DNA of 64,000 bases from Alphaproteobacteria bacterium (GTDB lineage Bacteria; Pseudomonadota; Alphaproteobacteria; Rs-D84). The translations under genes and the position numbers were made by a program. Under the pieces are notes generated by a model that had not been told where the DNA came from, ran no database searches, and saw only the letters and a list, made by a program, of their open reading frames with translations. Shown here piece after piece: positions 1 through 9,583 of the stretch. The DNA lies in contig SUUL01000001.1 of assembly GCA_015062545.1 (NCBI GenBank), positions 27,402 through 91,401 on the forward strand, read 5' to 3'. The first letter of the stretch is position 1. Every line of letters starts with the position of its first letter.

Positions 1-713
1 CGGTTGGCGATATGGTTCTGCGCAGTGGTCAAAGAATTGTATGTATCAAAAAACGCGAAAAGCCATTCTTAATCGCAGATACGGCATCCGTTATGGCATT
101 GGCCGAAGCAAACGTTGCACAAAGCATGTTGTCAGGTCAGTCTTTGAATAATATTGCATATACCGCAGATATGGCCGCAATGAGCATGGGCACAGGATAC
201 ACAGGCACCCCTGTGTTTGTTGGAAACAACGCAACCGTTAATCCAACCACAGGTGCGGGTTACTATATGCCTGCGGGCTATACCGTGCCACAGGTAATGC
301 CAACAACATCTGTATCAGGCAGTGTCGTTAATATGTTACCAACACAACGCAATACAGCCGGCGCATATTTGCCACAAAACAACATCCCACTGATTTCCAG
401 CAATCAATCTGGTGTGGCGGTCGAATTAAAATCAGATACGTCTGTCAAAGCATTAGAAGATTATTGGGCAAATCTGTTGGCAAAATTCAGTGGCCAAGAC
501 GGCGAAGGATTATTAAGCAAATATAAAAACGATGTATTCTTTGCTGTTGATGAACAGGGGGTTGGCGAACTGGGGGCCGCCGCATCCAGTGCGCGTTTAT
601 ATCGTTTGCGTATCGGCCCAATGGCAGATATTGATACAGCACAAACACTGTGTGATAAAATGCTGAAAATGACAAATGGTCAGGCATCTTGCAGTGTTGT
701 TCGTATGCAATAA
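1..713 (+). CDS. Secreted/periplasmic protein with a C-terminal SPOR-like domain; 5' end lies outside the window
   Basis: The reading frame is open from the window edge. The C-terminal ~75 aa (GVAVELKSDTSVKALEDYWANLL...LYRLRIGPMADIDTAQTLCDKM...) fits the SPOR beta-alpha-beta-beta-alpha-beta pattern. The M at 12 is probably not the true start. Confidence 0.5.
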   Translation, partial: VGDMVLRSGQRIVCIKKREKPFLIADTASVMALAEANVAQSMLSGQSLNNIAYTADMAAMSMGTGYTGTPVFVGNNATVNPTTGAGYYMPAGYTVPQVMPTTSVSGSVVNMLPTQRNTAGAYLPQNNIPLISSNQSGVAVELKSDTSVKALEDYWANLLAKFSGQDGEGLLSKYKNDVFFAVDEQGVGELGAAASSARLYRLRIGPMADIDTAQTLCDKMLKMTNGQASCSVVRMQ

Positions 714-743
714 ACTTAATAAACAACGTGTGGGTTCATAAAT

Positions 744-3158
744 ATGGCAAGTATCAAAGAACAAATTTCGCAACTGCGTAAAAACACACCAAAACCTGTA
801 CAATGGCTGTTGTTGGTTGTCGCGTTTGTGGTGGTGCTGATATTGTTGACACTGTTGGTCAGTGGCGATGATGCCCCCGAAGATTTATCCAGTAAAGATA
901 CTGTTGCGCCTGAAATTAAACTGAACCCAGATAAACCAATTAATTGGACAGGGACTGTTGTTGGCGAAAAGCGCACAATAAAAATTACCGTCACAGCAAA
1001 TGCGCCCGTGACATTTGTGTCTGTGGACGATAATGTGTCCGCCGAAGGTTTAACAATAAACAACACATGCGTTGGCATCAGACAAATAAATCAAAAACTG
1101 TCTTGCAGTGTTGATTTAACATACGCGCCAACCGCGGCAACAGATGACACAGAAATCGTTATTCCAATCAGATGGCGCGATGCAGCCGATAAAAATGCAA
1201 TTCAAAAGGAAAATGGCATCGTTTTGTCCTTGGGGGCGGTTGCACCTGTTATTGAAGAAAAACCAGAACCTGTGGTCGTTACCCCAGAACCAGAAGTTAT
1301 CGAAGAAGAACCAGAACCTGTGATTGTTACCCCAGAACCTGGGCCTGTGCAAACAGAAATAATTCGCGAAGTTGAAACCATTGCGCCACCAATCGTTTTT
1401 GAAGAAGAAGTGGCAGTAGAAGAACCTGTTGCAGAGGCATGTTCGGACTTCTCGTTTCCGGGGTATGGTTTGTCAGGTCGTCAAATCGGATGGATAAAAC
1501 CAGAAGGGGGCGCATATTATTTCCACCCATTTTCTGATGTGGATTGCACTGAACCAACCGGTGTTTATAATCCGGGCAGCGGTATAATTTATGACATAGA
1601 TGATGAAAAAACAAAAATTGGCACAGATGCTGAACATATCGGCACGTCTGTATTTGATACAGGGATATTGCCACAGTTGTCTAATGCGCCTGCCATTAAA
1701 CCGGAATATCGCGCACGCCAGTTGGATGTCGAAGCCGCACAATTAAGCAGCAGTGGTGGTGCCAGAAGACTTAGCGCGGCAGGCACTTTTAGGGATGCGG
1801 CACAACAAAACGCCGATGGCAGCATTATGAAAAAGAAAAAAGACGATGTCTACTATGTGCCATCTGGAAGCGCAGTTAATTCTTCGCAACCATACGACAG
1901 AACATTTGTTTTGCGGCAATATAAACCGATTCCTGCAACAATTGTATCAGATGTTTTGGCGGACATAGAAGCATTACAGAACGGCAAATCATTACCTGTA
2001 CGCGCAACCGTGGACAGAAATGTTTATTCTGATAATGGTCGAACCGTTATTTTGCCGGCAGGAACACTGATGTTGGGATATGTAACAGGTGAAATTCCAG
2101 GACCGTACAAGGCGATTGGCCGTATGCAAATTCAATGGTATCAATTTATTCGTCCAGATGGTGTTGAATTTAACTTTGATGGTGACAACGATCCATTTTC
2201 AGCTGATGCCCAGGGACGTGTTGGCGTACCAGGTCGCGGCAGTACCGATTATATGGAACAATTTATTATGCCGATGCTGACAGCATTTGTGCCTGCGGCG
2301 GTAAACTTGATTAATCCTGTGGCGGATGCGTTTGTTAATCAAATTGATTTAGATAACAATACTGTTGTGCAAAGCGGAATGGTTCGTTCATCCGAATTGG
2401 CAAAAAATGAAATTATTACAGCATGGAATGGTGTTGCACAAAAACTGCTGGTGGACATGATGGACAACACAGTTCCACCGTTCACAATCGCCGCCGGGAC
2501 ACGTATCACCGTATATTCACCAGAAGATTTACGCGTGGTTTGTACAGATGAAACAAAAAAATGTTGGGTAGACTTAGAGGAAAAACATACAGGAGGCAGT
2601 CGCCAAGATTGGACAGGGCGGCATGGTGGAACCCAAGGAATATTTGCCGCAGATGATAATTCCTGGGTTGGCCAAGCACGTTCTTTCCAAGTAGATGGAA
2701 TCTGCAGCAAAGACGCTGACGGTTTGTGGCGCGCACCAACAGATTGTTTCACTACGGGCAAAACTTCATACAATGGGTATTCTTGTACAACATTGAAATT
2801 GTATTGCGAATCTTTGAACTATCAATCCAAAAAGGCATTGCAATACGAAGCATATAAAGAAGACCAGAAGAAACAGTATGACCAAAAAGTTCAAGACTTG
2901 GGCGGTCAGGGTTCGCAACAGTTTAATGAAGAAATTCTGGGTGTAAAGTATAGTGCTGATGGTACTGTACAGAATCCATATCAATCCAGTGACGCATCAG
3001 CCCCCGCCCCAGAAACAGGTGCAGTGCTGACATGCGAAGATGGTAATCCACCCGATGAAAATGGATGTTGTGCCGGTGAAATATACACCGATATGGGCGA
3101 ACAAGGATTTAACTGTTGCCCATCTGCGGGGGGCGATTGTTTCCCACCGCTGATATAA
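744..3158 (+). CDS. VirB10/TrbI-family protein with an N-terminal TM anchor, Pro-rich repeats and a Cys-rich C-terminal extension
   Basis: N-terminal TM segment (WLLLVVAFVVVLILLTLLV). PEPxV repeats (EKPEPVVVTPEPEVIEEEPEPVIVTPEP). The VirB10 C-terminal barrel pattern: VYSDNGRTVILPAGTLMLGYVTGEIPGPYKAIGRMQIQWYQFIRPDGVEFNFD...GVPGRGSTDYMEQF...FTIAAGTRITVYSPEDLRV. About 270 extra C-terminal residues rich in Cys (CCAGE, NCCPSAGGDCF). Confidence 0.55.
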   Translation: MASIKEQISQLRKNTPKPVQWLLLVVAFVVVLILLTLLVSGDDAPEDLSSKDTVAPEIKLNPDKPINWTGTVVGEKRTIKITVTANAPVTFVSVDDNVSAEGLTINNTCVGIRQINQKLSCSVDLTYAPTAATDDTEIVIPIRWRDAADKNAIQKENGIVLSLGAVAPVIEEKPEPVVVTPEPEVIEEEPEPVIVTPEPGPVQTEIIREVETIAPPIVFEEEVAVEEPVAEACSDFSFPGYGLSGRQIGWIKPEGGAYYFHPFSDVDCTEPTGVYNPGSGIIYDIDDEKTKIGTDAEHIGTSVFDTGILPQLSNAPAIKPEYRARQLDVEAAQLSSSGGARRLSAAGTFRDAAQQNADGSIMKKKKDDVYYVPSGSAVNSSQPYDRTFVLRQYKPIPATIVSDVLADIEALQNGKSLPVRATVDRNVYSDNGRTVILPAGTLMLGYVTGEIPGPYKAIGRMQIQWYQFIRPDGVEFNFDGDNDPFSADAQGRVGVPGRGSTDYMEQFIMPMLTAFVPAAVNLINPVADAFVNQIDLDNNTVVQSGMVRSSELAKNEIITAWNGVAQKLLVDMMDNTVPPFTIAAGTRITVYSPEDLRVVCTDETKKCWVDLEEKHTGGSRQDWTGRHGGTQGIFAADDNSWVGQARSFQVDGICSKDADGLWRAPTDCFTTGKTSYNGYSCTTLKLYCESLNYQSKKALQYEAYKEDQKKQYDQKVQDLGGQGSQQFNEEILGVKYSADGTVQNPYQSSDASAPAPETGAVLTCEDGNPPDENGCCAGEIYTDMGEQGFNCCPSAGGDCFPPLI

Positions 3159-3173
3159 AGGGATAAAAAAATA

Positions 3174-3199
3174 AAAACCGCCATTATGGCGGTTTTTTA
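3174..3199 (+). terminator. Rho-independent terminator after the VirB10-like gene
   Basis: aaaaccgccattatggcggtttttt: a GC hairpin followed by a T-run. Confidence 0.7.
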
Positions 3200-3468
3200 A
3201 TTATAAATTAAGGGAGGAAAAATATGACGTAATTACCATATACAATACACAGACGTATGCGTGATTTTTCACGCACTTTTTTTTAGTAAAAAAATATATA
3301 CAAGATATGGATTTAGGAAAAAATACCGATTCGCTGTTAAATATATAAATTCGCATTACGAATCAGTTTTCCGATTCATGTTTCAACCGCGGGTTGTAGC
3401 ATTTTACAGGAATCTTTTCTTAGTCTATAAATTAAAACATGAACATAAAACCAAAGGAGAAAGAAAAA

Positions 3469-3810
3469 ATGACACAAATATTGCCCGAATCAATCACTGA
3501 AAAATTTCAAAATGCAGAACAATTATGGTTCTGGTTTCTGTATTCCAAAGCCGTACAAAATGGATTTGGGAGATCTTATAATTGCCCAACACGCAGACCA
3601 TGCGAAATACTGGATGTAGAAACACTGATAACTAAATTATATCTGTCTGGAAAACTTAGCGATGAACAGTTGATGATTATGAAAAAATTTGGCGACAAAA
3701 AGCGCGCGCCACATCAATATATATGGCAGGAAAATCGCGCAGCATATCAATGGACATGCGCAATGGACATATTGGAAAATGCCGCAAGACAAAATGGATG
3801 GATTGAATAA
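3469..3810 (+). CDS. Hypothetical small protein
   Basis: AAGGAG lies 9 nt upstream of the ATG at 3469, in an AT-rich segment. No recognisable motif. Confidence 0.4.
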   Translation: MTQILPESITEKFQNAEQLWFWFLYSKAVQNGFGRSYNCPTRRPCEILDVETLITKLYLSGKLSDEQLMIMKKFGDKKRAPHQYIWQENRAAYQWTCAMDILENAARQNGWIE

Positions 3811-3831
3811 TATTATCAAAGGATTTTATAA

Positions 3832-4168
3832 AATGATTATTATCGCATTTTCAAATAAAACATCAAAAATACTGCCGCGATTACTGTGCAGAAATTTTAG
3901 ACATGTCGCACCAATTAATGTAACAGAAAACAATATGATTATGTATCAATTTGTACGGCCAAAAATTATCAAAAAAATTTCCTTGAATATGCGCGATATA
4001 CATATACTGGGGATGTATGGCTGGAAATTTATTTACATCAATGGAAATATACCACATGATTTTAATCCATGTAATGCAAAAACCTGTGTGCAACTGACCA
4101 AGCGCGCAATCAAGTTACATAATTGGCGCATCCAAACACCGTATGCTTTGTATAATATATTAAAATAA
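3832..4168 (+). CDS. Hypothetical small protein
   Basis: AAAGGA RBS upstream of the ATG at 3832 (internal start of ORF 3689..4168). AT-rich. Followed by the hairpin terminator at 4167-4188. Confidence 0.4.
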
Positions 4169-4188
4169 ATCCGCCATTTGGCGGATTT
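4167..4188. terminator. Bidirectional hairpin terminator between the small genes and yidC
   Basis: aaatccgccatttggcggattt, flanked by T/A runs on both strands. Confidence 0.6.
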
Positions 4189-4189
4189 A

Positions 4190-5758
4190 TTATTTGCTTT
4201 GCCTTTTTATTATTTGCATCTGAATAATACCAAAGATATTTGATACCGTCCAATATAACACCAATCCTGCAGGCATCCATGCAAACATTACCGTGAATAA
4301 AACAGGCATCCAACGCATCATTTTTTGTGTCTGTGCCGCCACATCATTTGCATTTGTATTCTTGGATGTTGGCGACTGCAAACGCTGTTGCAGGTACATG
4401 GTCGCCCCCATCAATATTGGCAATATAAAATATGGATCCATCGCAGATAAATCATGTATCCACAAGAAGTGAGCATTTCGCATCTGAACCGATACCAATA
4501 ACGCCTTGTATAACGCAAAGAAGATTGGTATCTGTATCAACATTGGCAAGCATCCCGCCATCGGTGATGTCTTGTGCGTTTGATACAACTTCATCATTTC
4601 CATTTGCAGACGCATTTTATCATTTGCATACAATTTTTGAATACGCTGCATTTCAGGCTGCATCTTTTGCATGATTGCCATATTAACATACGATTTGCGC
4701 GTTAATGGCCACATCAATAAACGCAATAAAATCGTCATGATTATAATCGCAACACCATAATTCATTACAATGTGATGAATACCATTCAAAACCCACAACA
4801 TTGGACGTGCAAAGAACCAAAACCACCCATAATCTATACTTTCACCCAAACCAATTATTTTTGATTCTGCCGAATCCAAAATATTTTGATCGCGGGGACC
4901 GGCAAAAATATTTGCCGTCATGGTTTTAGTTGCACCACTTGCAATCACAACAGGGGCAGATGCTGTGTCAACAGTGTACTTGTCAGACTGTTTCTTCATC
5001 TTGATTGTTTGGTCTGGCGAATCCAAAGATACGACCGTTTCCCAATACTGATCCGCAAACCCCGCAAAACCAGATGTAGTGGAATATGCATAAGACTTCT
5101 TGTCCAGGTGTTTCCAATTATGATTTTCAATATCAGAATTTACATACGCAATACCACCATTGGTAACCGCAGCATTAGATGCAGTATTATTCGCGCGCAC
5201 AATACGTGCGTATGGTGCCAATGCAATATCGTGTCCAGAATCGTTCCGAACACTGTCTGTAACGGTTATAACATAATCTGGCGACATTGTAACCGTACGT
5301 AAAAATTCAACACCATCAGAATTGCGCCATGTATATTTACCATCAGATTCTTTCCACACCGTGGTAACAGTTGGTACATTTGTACCAGTTGATACAAAAC
5401 CAACTTCGACAAAATCGCCATCTGTTGATAACAAGGATACGACCGTATCCGAATCTGGGGCAGATGGATATTTCAATAAATTAATATCAGAAATACGTAA
5501 TCCTTGGACAGATGCGGTCGTATTATCTGACGAAATCTGCGTTACAGGCACCGCCGACAAATCTGGGGCAATAATGTTTTCTGTGGCTACCTGGGATTCT
5601 GGACGTGGCGAAACAATCGTGCCCAAAACCCACCATGCAGCAAAAAACATTATCATCCACCAAAAGAAACCCGAAAATACAGACTTCTTTTGGGTGGCAT
5701 TTTTATTCGCATTCCACATATTAAAACCAGACACACTGTTATCCATATATTTTACCAT
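4190..5758 (-). CDS. yidC: Membrane protein insertase YidC
   Basis: N-terminal TM, large periplasmic domain, then the conserved 5-TM C-terminal region (PMLWVLNGIHHIV..., GCLPMLIQIPIFFALY). Start probably at MVKYMDNS or MDNSVSG rather than the first ORF M. Confidence 0.9.
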   Translation of the reverse strand: MVKYMDNSVSGFNMWNANKNATQKKSVFSGFFWWMIMFFAAWWVLGTIVSPRPESQVATENIIAPDLSAVPVTQISSDNTTASVQGLRISDINLLKYPSAPDSDTVVSLLSTDGDFVEVGFVSTGTNVPTVTTVWKESDGKYTWRNSDGVEFLRTVTMSPDYVITVTDSVRNDSGHDIALAPYARIVRANNTASNAAVTNGGIAYVNSDIENHNWKHLDKKSYAYSTTSGFAGFADQYWETVVSLDSPDQTIKMKKQSDKYTVDTASAPVVIASGATKTMTANIFAGPRDQNILDSAESKIIGLGESIDYGWFWFFARPMLWVLNGIHHIVMNYGVAIIIMTILLRLLMWPLTRKSYVNMAIMQKMQPEMQRIQKLYANDKMRLQMEMMKLYQTHKTSPMAGCLPMLIQIPIFFALYKALLVSVQMRNAHFLWIHDLSAMDPYFILPILMGATMYLQQRLQSPTSKNTNANDVAAQTQKMMRWMPVLFTVMFAWMPAGLVLYWTVSNIFGIIQMQIIKRQSK

Positions 5759-5760
5759 TT

Positions 5761-6297
5761 TTATTTTCCACCTTTGCTTGAACGAATACAACGTTGACGT
5801 GCAATGTACCAATTTAACAAATACAAACCAACACCAACAACAATACAAATATCTGCCACATTAAAAGATGGCCAGTGATAGCCACCAATATGAAAATCCA
5901 AGAAATCAATAACCGCACCAAAACGCACCCTGTCAATTAAATTGCCAATCGCACCACCTGCAATTAATGCCAATGGTATTCTTTCATACGATACCGCCCG
6001 CACAAACAAGTAATACAAAATATATCCCGTTATCGCCGCAGTCGCAAAAATCATTACCAATGGCGCAGATTCACCCAATGCACGGAATAATGAAAACGAT
6101 GTCCCAGGATTCCATGTAAATACAATATTAAAGAAATCAAAAACATGTGTCATTAAATATGGAACCGGAACAACATCCCACGCAGCACCTGCCAATGGCA
6201 CCGTCCCCGTAATTAAATACAGCAAAATGCCCTTGGTAATCTGATCCAAGATTATTGCACAAAAAATAATTAATAAGGTTAATCTGTTCTTTTTCAT
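5761..6297 (-). CDS. lspA: Lipoprotein signal peptidase II
   Basis: FTWNPGTSFSLF and FNVADICIVVG motifs; four TM segments; start at MKKNRLTLL. Confidence 0.85.
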   Translation of the reverse strand: MKKNRLTLLIIFCAIILDQITKGILLYLITGTVPLAGAAWDVVPVPYLMTHVFDFFNIVFTWNPGTSFSLFRALGESAPLVMIFATAAITGYILYYLFVRAVSYERIPLALIAGGAIGNLIDRVRFGAVIDFLDFHIGGYHWPSFNVADICIVVGVGLYLLNWYIARQRCIRSSKGGK

Positions 6298-6403
6298 TTT
6301 TTCTCTTTTCCATGTACAGGGTGAAATATACCAATATACAATATCAAAAGCAAATAAAATGTCCCCAAGCGGGGACAATAATTATCATACATACAAAATC
6401 GTT

Positions 6404-8113
6404 TTAATCGCGTTTATCTGAAATAACCTGAGCCAACGCCGCATAGTTATCTGCACGCATATCGGCCAATAAATTCTCTAACTTGCGTTCAGATACGCCC
6501 AAGCATCCAAGAACACTGTAGCCCAACAAAAAGGATGATTCTATGGTTTCAGGCAACACTACTTCTGTGCCTTCGGACAACAAAATCTGCGAATCCGCCA
6601 AATTACGGGCACGCGCAAATATTTTCATGCGGGGCACAACGGATTTTATCGCCGATATACAACGGCGGGCTGTTGTGGCATTATCCAATGCAACAACAAC
6701 ACTGCGCACACGGCGAGGCTTTAATCCGAAATCAGCCAATACATTCATATTTGTGGCATCACCATAGACAACATTAAAGCCCATTTCGCGCCCCATCATA
6801 ACGACATTAACATCCATATCAATCGCAATGTACGGAACCGACAAGGCATCCAACATTTGGCATATAATCTGTCCAACACGACCAAAACCACATACAATAA
6901 CTTCGGGTTTTATGCTGTTGTCTGCATCATCCAATGTGCGCGGAAAACGTTGCGGAAACAGTTTTCCACGGCGTTGCAGGTAATCATACAGACACAATAA
7001 CAACGGGGTCGCCATAATAGACAAGATTATTATTGCGGTTAATATTTCTTCGTGTCCAGATGGGATGGCATTAATACCACTTTGCTTCATCGTTTGTAAC
7101 ATCAACAATGCAAATTCACCACCCTGGGATAAAATTAACGCAATCATTATCGCATCAGGCATGTGTACACCACGTACGCGTGCAACCATAAATATCGCAA
7201 TAAACTTTATCGCCATAAAACCAATTAAACCAAACAATATTATGTACCAATAATGCCCCAATAACGGTAAATTTAACCCCATCCCCAATGAAATAAAGAA
7301 TAACGCCAAGAATAATGTCGCATACGGTGAAATTTCTGCGGTTATTTGATGACGGTATACAGTTTCACTCATTAACATACCGGCTAAAAATGCACCAAGC
7401 CCCGCAGGCAGCCCCATTAAATCCAACAGCACCGCCCAAATAACAATATTCAACATTACAGCCAATAAAAATGCTTCTTTGGATTTTAGTTTACCAACAT
7501 GACGCAATATTGGTGTCATCACAAAGCGACCAATCACAATCACAGATAATATCAGCGCAACAGATATAACAACAACATCAATCGCAGTTGCACCCAAGTT
7601 AAAACTTTTTCCCGCAAATGCAGGCAACATCGCCAATAATGGAATAGATAATAAATCTTGGAACAACAAGATGGAAAATACCTGACGACCCATGCCTGTG
7701 TTTAATTGATTGCGGTCTGTTAACAACTGTAAATCCGCAGATGTACTGGACATTGCCAACATTAACGACACCATCACACACCCCATAATAGACCACTGGG
7801 TCACACCAAACAATAATGGGAATAACATGACCGCAACCATCATTACTTGGGTTGCGCCAAAGCCAAATATGGTATGCTTCATCCGCCATAAACGCCGCAT
7901 ATTTATTTCCAAACCAATATTGAACCACAAGAACATTATTCCAATATCACCCAAGAATGTCCATGTGTTGGTCAATTCAAACAAATCAAAAACGTACGGT
8001 CCAGATAATACACCCGCAAATAAAAATGCAACCAATGCACCAACACGCGCCATGCGCAACATATAAACCAGTGCAAACATAATCGCAAAAAAGACCAATA
8101 ATGACAGGGACAT
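6404..8113 (-). CDS. Monovalent cation:proton antiporter-2 (Kef-type K+ efflux) with a C-terminal RCK/TrkA-N domain
   Basis: About 12 TM segments followed by a Rossmann motif VIVCGFGRVGQ (KTN/RCK N-terminal domain). Confidence 0.8.
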   Translation of the reverse strand: MSLSLLVFFAIMFALVYMLRMARVGALVAFLFAGVLSGPYVFDLFELTNTWTFLGDIGIMFLWFNIGLEINMRRLWRMKHTIFGFGATQVMMVAVMLFPLLFGVTQWSIMGCVMVSLMLAMSSTSADLQLLTDRNQLNTGMGRQVFSILLFQDLLSIPLLAMLPAFAGKSFNLGATAIDVVVISVALILSVIVIGRFVMTPILRHVGKLKSKEAFLLAVMLNIVIWAVLLDLMGLPAGLGAFLAGMLMSETVYRHQITAEISPYATLFLALFFISLGMGLNLPLLGHYWYIILFGLIGFMAIKFIAIFMVARVRGVHMPDAIMIALILSQGGEFALLMLQTMKQSGINAIPSGHEEILTAIIILSIMATPLLLCLYDYLQRRGKLFPQRFPRTLDDADNSIKPEVIVCGFGRVGQIICQMLDALSVPYIAIDMDVNVVMMGREMGFNVVYGDATNMNVLADFGLKPRRVRSVVVALDNATTARRCISAIKSVVPRMKIFARARNLADSQILLSEGTEVVLPETIESSFLLGYSVLGCLGVSERKLENLLADMRADNYAALAQVISDKRD

Positions 8114-8147
8114 GTTCTCTCTCTTCCTTTTCCCATGTGTGTATTAA

Positions 8148-8972
8148 TTATAACAAATTTTCTGCCAGTAACGCAAATGTTTCAGGCGATAAATTTTCTG
8201 CACGTTCGGTACCAGTCAGCCCATATTTTTCCCAATCCACATTTGGAATAATACCGCGTATCATCTTGCGCCGTTGGCCGAACAATCGGGCAGTAATTTG
8301 TTCAATCTTGGACAAGTCGGATATACGTGAAATCTTATCCGCGTTCGGAATAATTTGGACAACCGCAGATTGTACCTTGGGACGCGGAACAAATGCAGTA
8401 TTTGGAACATCAAACAAAATACGACTGTCCGCAATCAGGGATGTTAAAACCGCCAAACGTCCATAATGCTCGTCACCAGGGCGGGATGTTATACGCATGG
8501 CAACTTCGCGTTGGAACATTAATGTCAAAGATTTTATTTGTTCACCATGCGCAATTTTCTGCAGCCAACCAATCAATAATTCTGTACCAACATTATACGG
8601 CAAGTTTGCACATATTGCATACTCTTCAAGCCCCAGCGCAGAAAAATCTACACGCAACGCATCATCAAATATAACCGACAAACGACCGTCAGATGCCGCA
8701 ACAACACGCGACAATATCGGTTCTGTGGTTTTGTCTTTTTCAATGGCGACAACACGCATCGCGCCCGCCATCAGTAATGCACGTGTCAGCCCCGCAGGCC
8801 CAGGTCCAACTTCGACCACAGGGACAGTGTCAATATTTGGTACGCTGCGCGCAATACGCCCTGTCAGATTCAAATCAAATAAAAAGTTCTGCCCGAATTG
8901 TTTCTTGGGCTCCAGACCACATTCGCGCATCATTTCAGACACAGGCGGCAAAGATGAAACTAAATCCGTCAT
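8148..8972 (-). CDS. rsmA: 16S rRNA (adenine1518/1519-N6)-dimethyltransferase
   Basis: FGQNFLFD and VVEVGPGPAGLT SAM-binding motifs. Confidence 0.9.
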   Translation of the reverse strand: MTDLVSSLPPVSEMMRECGLEPKKQFGQNFLFDLNLTGRIARSVPNIDTVPVVEVGPGPAGLTRALLMAGAMRVVAIEKDKTTEPILSRVVAASDGRLSVIFDDALRVDFSALGLEEYAICANLPYNVGTELLIGWLQKIAHGEQIKSLTLMFQREVAMRITSRPGDEHYGRLAVLTSLIADSRILFDVPNTAFVPRPKVQSAVVQIIPNADKISRISDLSKIEQITARLFGQRRKMIRGIIPNVDWEKYGLTGTERAENLSPETFALLAENLL

Positions 8973-9568
8973 AGTGATTTACGCCCCCCAAATGCCAATG
9001 TCAATGTGCCATCATCCAAGTAATCTAAATCCCCACCCAATGGCACACCAGATGCCAATTCCGAAAATGTAACATCACCCGCGCCAGAAAGCGTTGACAT
9101 AATGTAATGCTGGGTTGTTTTGCCTTCGACTGTATTTGGTAACGCAAAAATAATTTCTGTTATTTTTTCATCTGAAATTCGCGTGGGTAAATTTGCAATA
9201 TTCAAGTCTTGGGGCAAAACACCAGATGCACCAGATAACAAGCCACCAATAATATGATAACGACCATGAAAAACCGAAGACTTTTCCAAAACCCATACAT
9301 CCGATAAATCGCGCACAATACATAACTGACCATTTTGACGCGCGGTATCGCGACAAAATTCACATGCGTGCGCACCATTATCTGTTAAAACACCACAACG
9401 TGGACATGGTGCGATATTTTCAACCGCATCCATAATCGCAGATGCCAATGCAGCACCACGCCCCGTTTTATCCTGTAATAACGCCAGCGCAATACGTTGA
9501 CCACCGCGACTGCCCACACGTGGTAATTTTGCAAATAATTTTATTAACTTTTCAATTTTTGGATTCAT
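8969..9568 (-). CDS. recR: Recombination protein RecR
   Basis: N-terminal HhH (LPRVGSRGGQRIALALL), C4 zinc finger (CPRCG...CEFC), Toprim region. Overlaps rsmA by 4 bp. Confidence 0.9.
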   Translation of the reverse strand: MNPKIEKLIKLFAKLPRVGSRGGQRIALALLQDKTGRGAALASAIMDAVENIAPCPRCGVLTDNGAHACEFCRDTARQNGQLCIVRDLSDVWVLEKSSVFHGRYHIIGGLLSGASGVLPQDLNIANLPTRISDEKITEIIFALPNTVEGKTTQHYIMSTLSGAGDVTFSELASGVPLGGDLDYLDDGTLTLAFGGRKSL

Positions 9569-9583
9569 GATTTTTACAAGATA

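Noticed and set aside
3261-3500. 79-aa ORF in an AT-rich intergenic region, and the N-terminal part of ORF 3689..4168 overlapping the 3469 gene
   Set aside because: No RBS, composition typical of AT-rich non-coding DNA, and overlap with better-supported starts.
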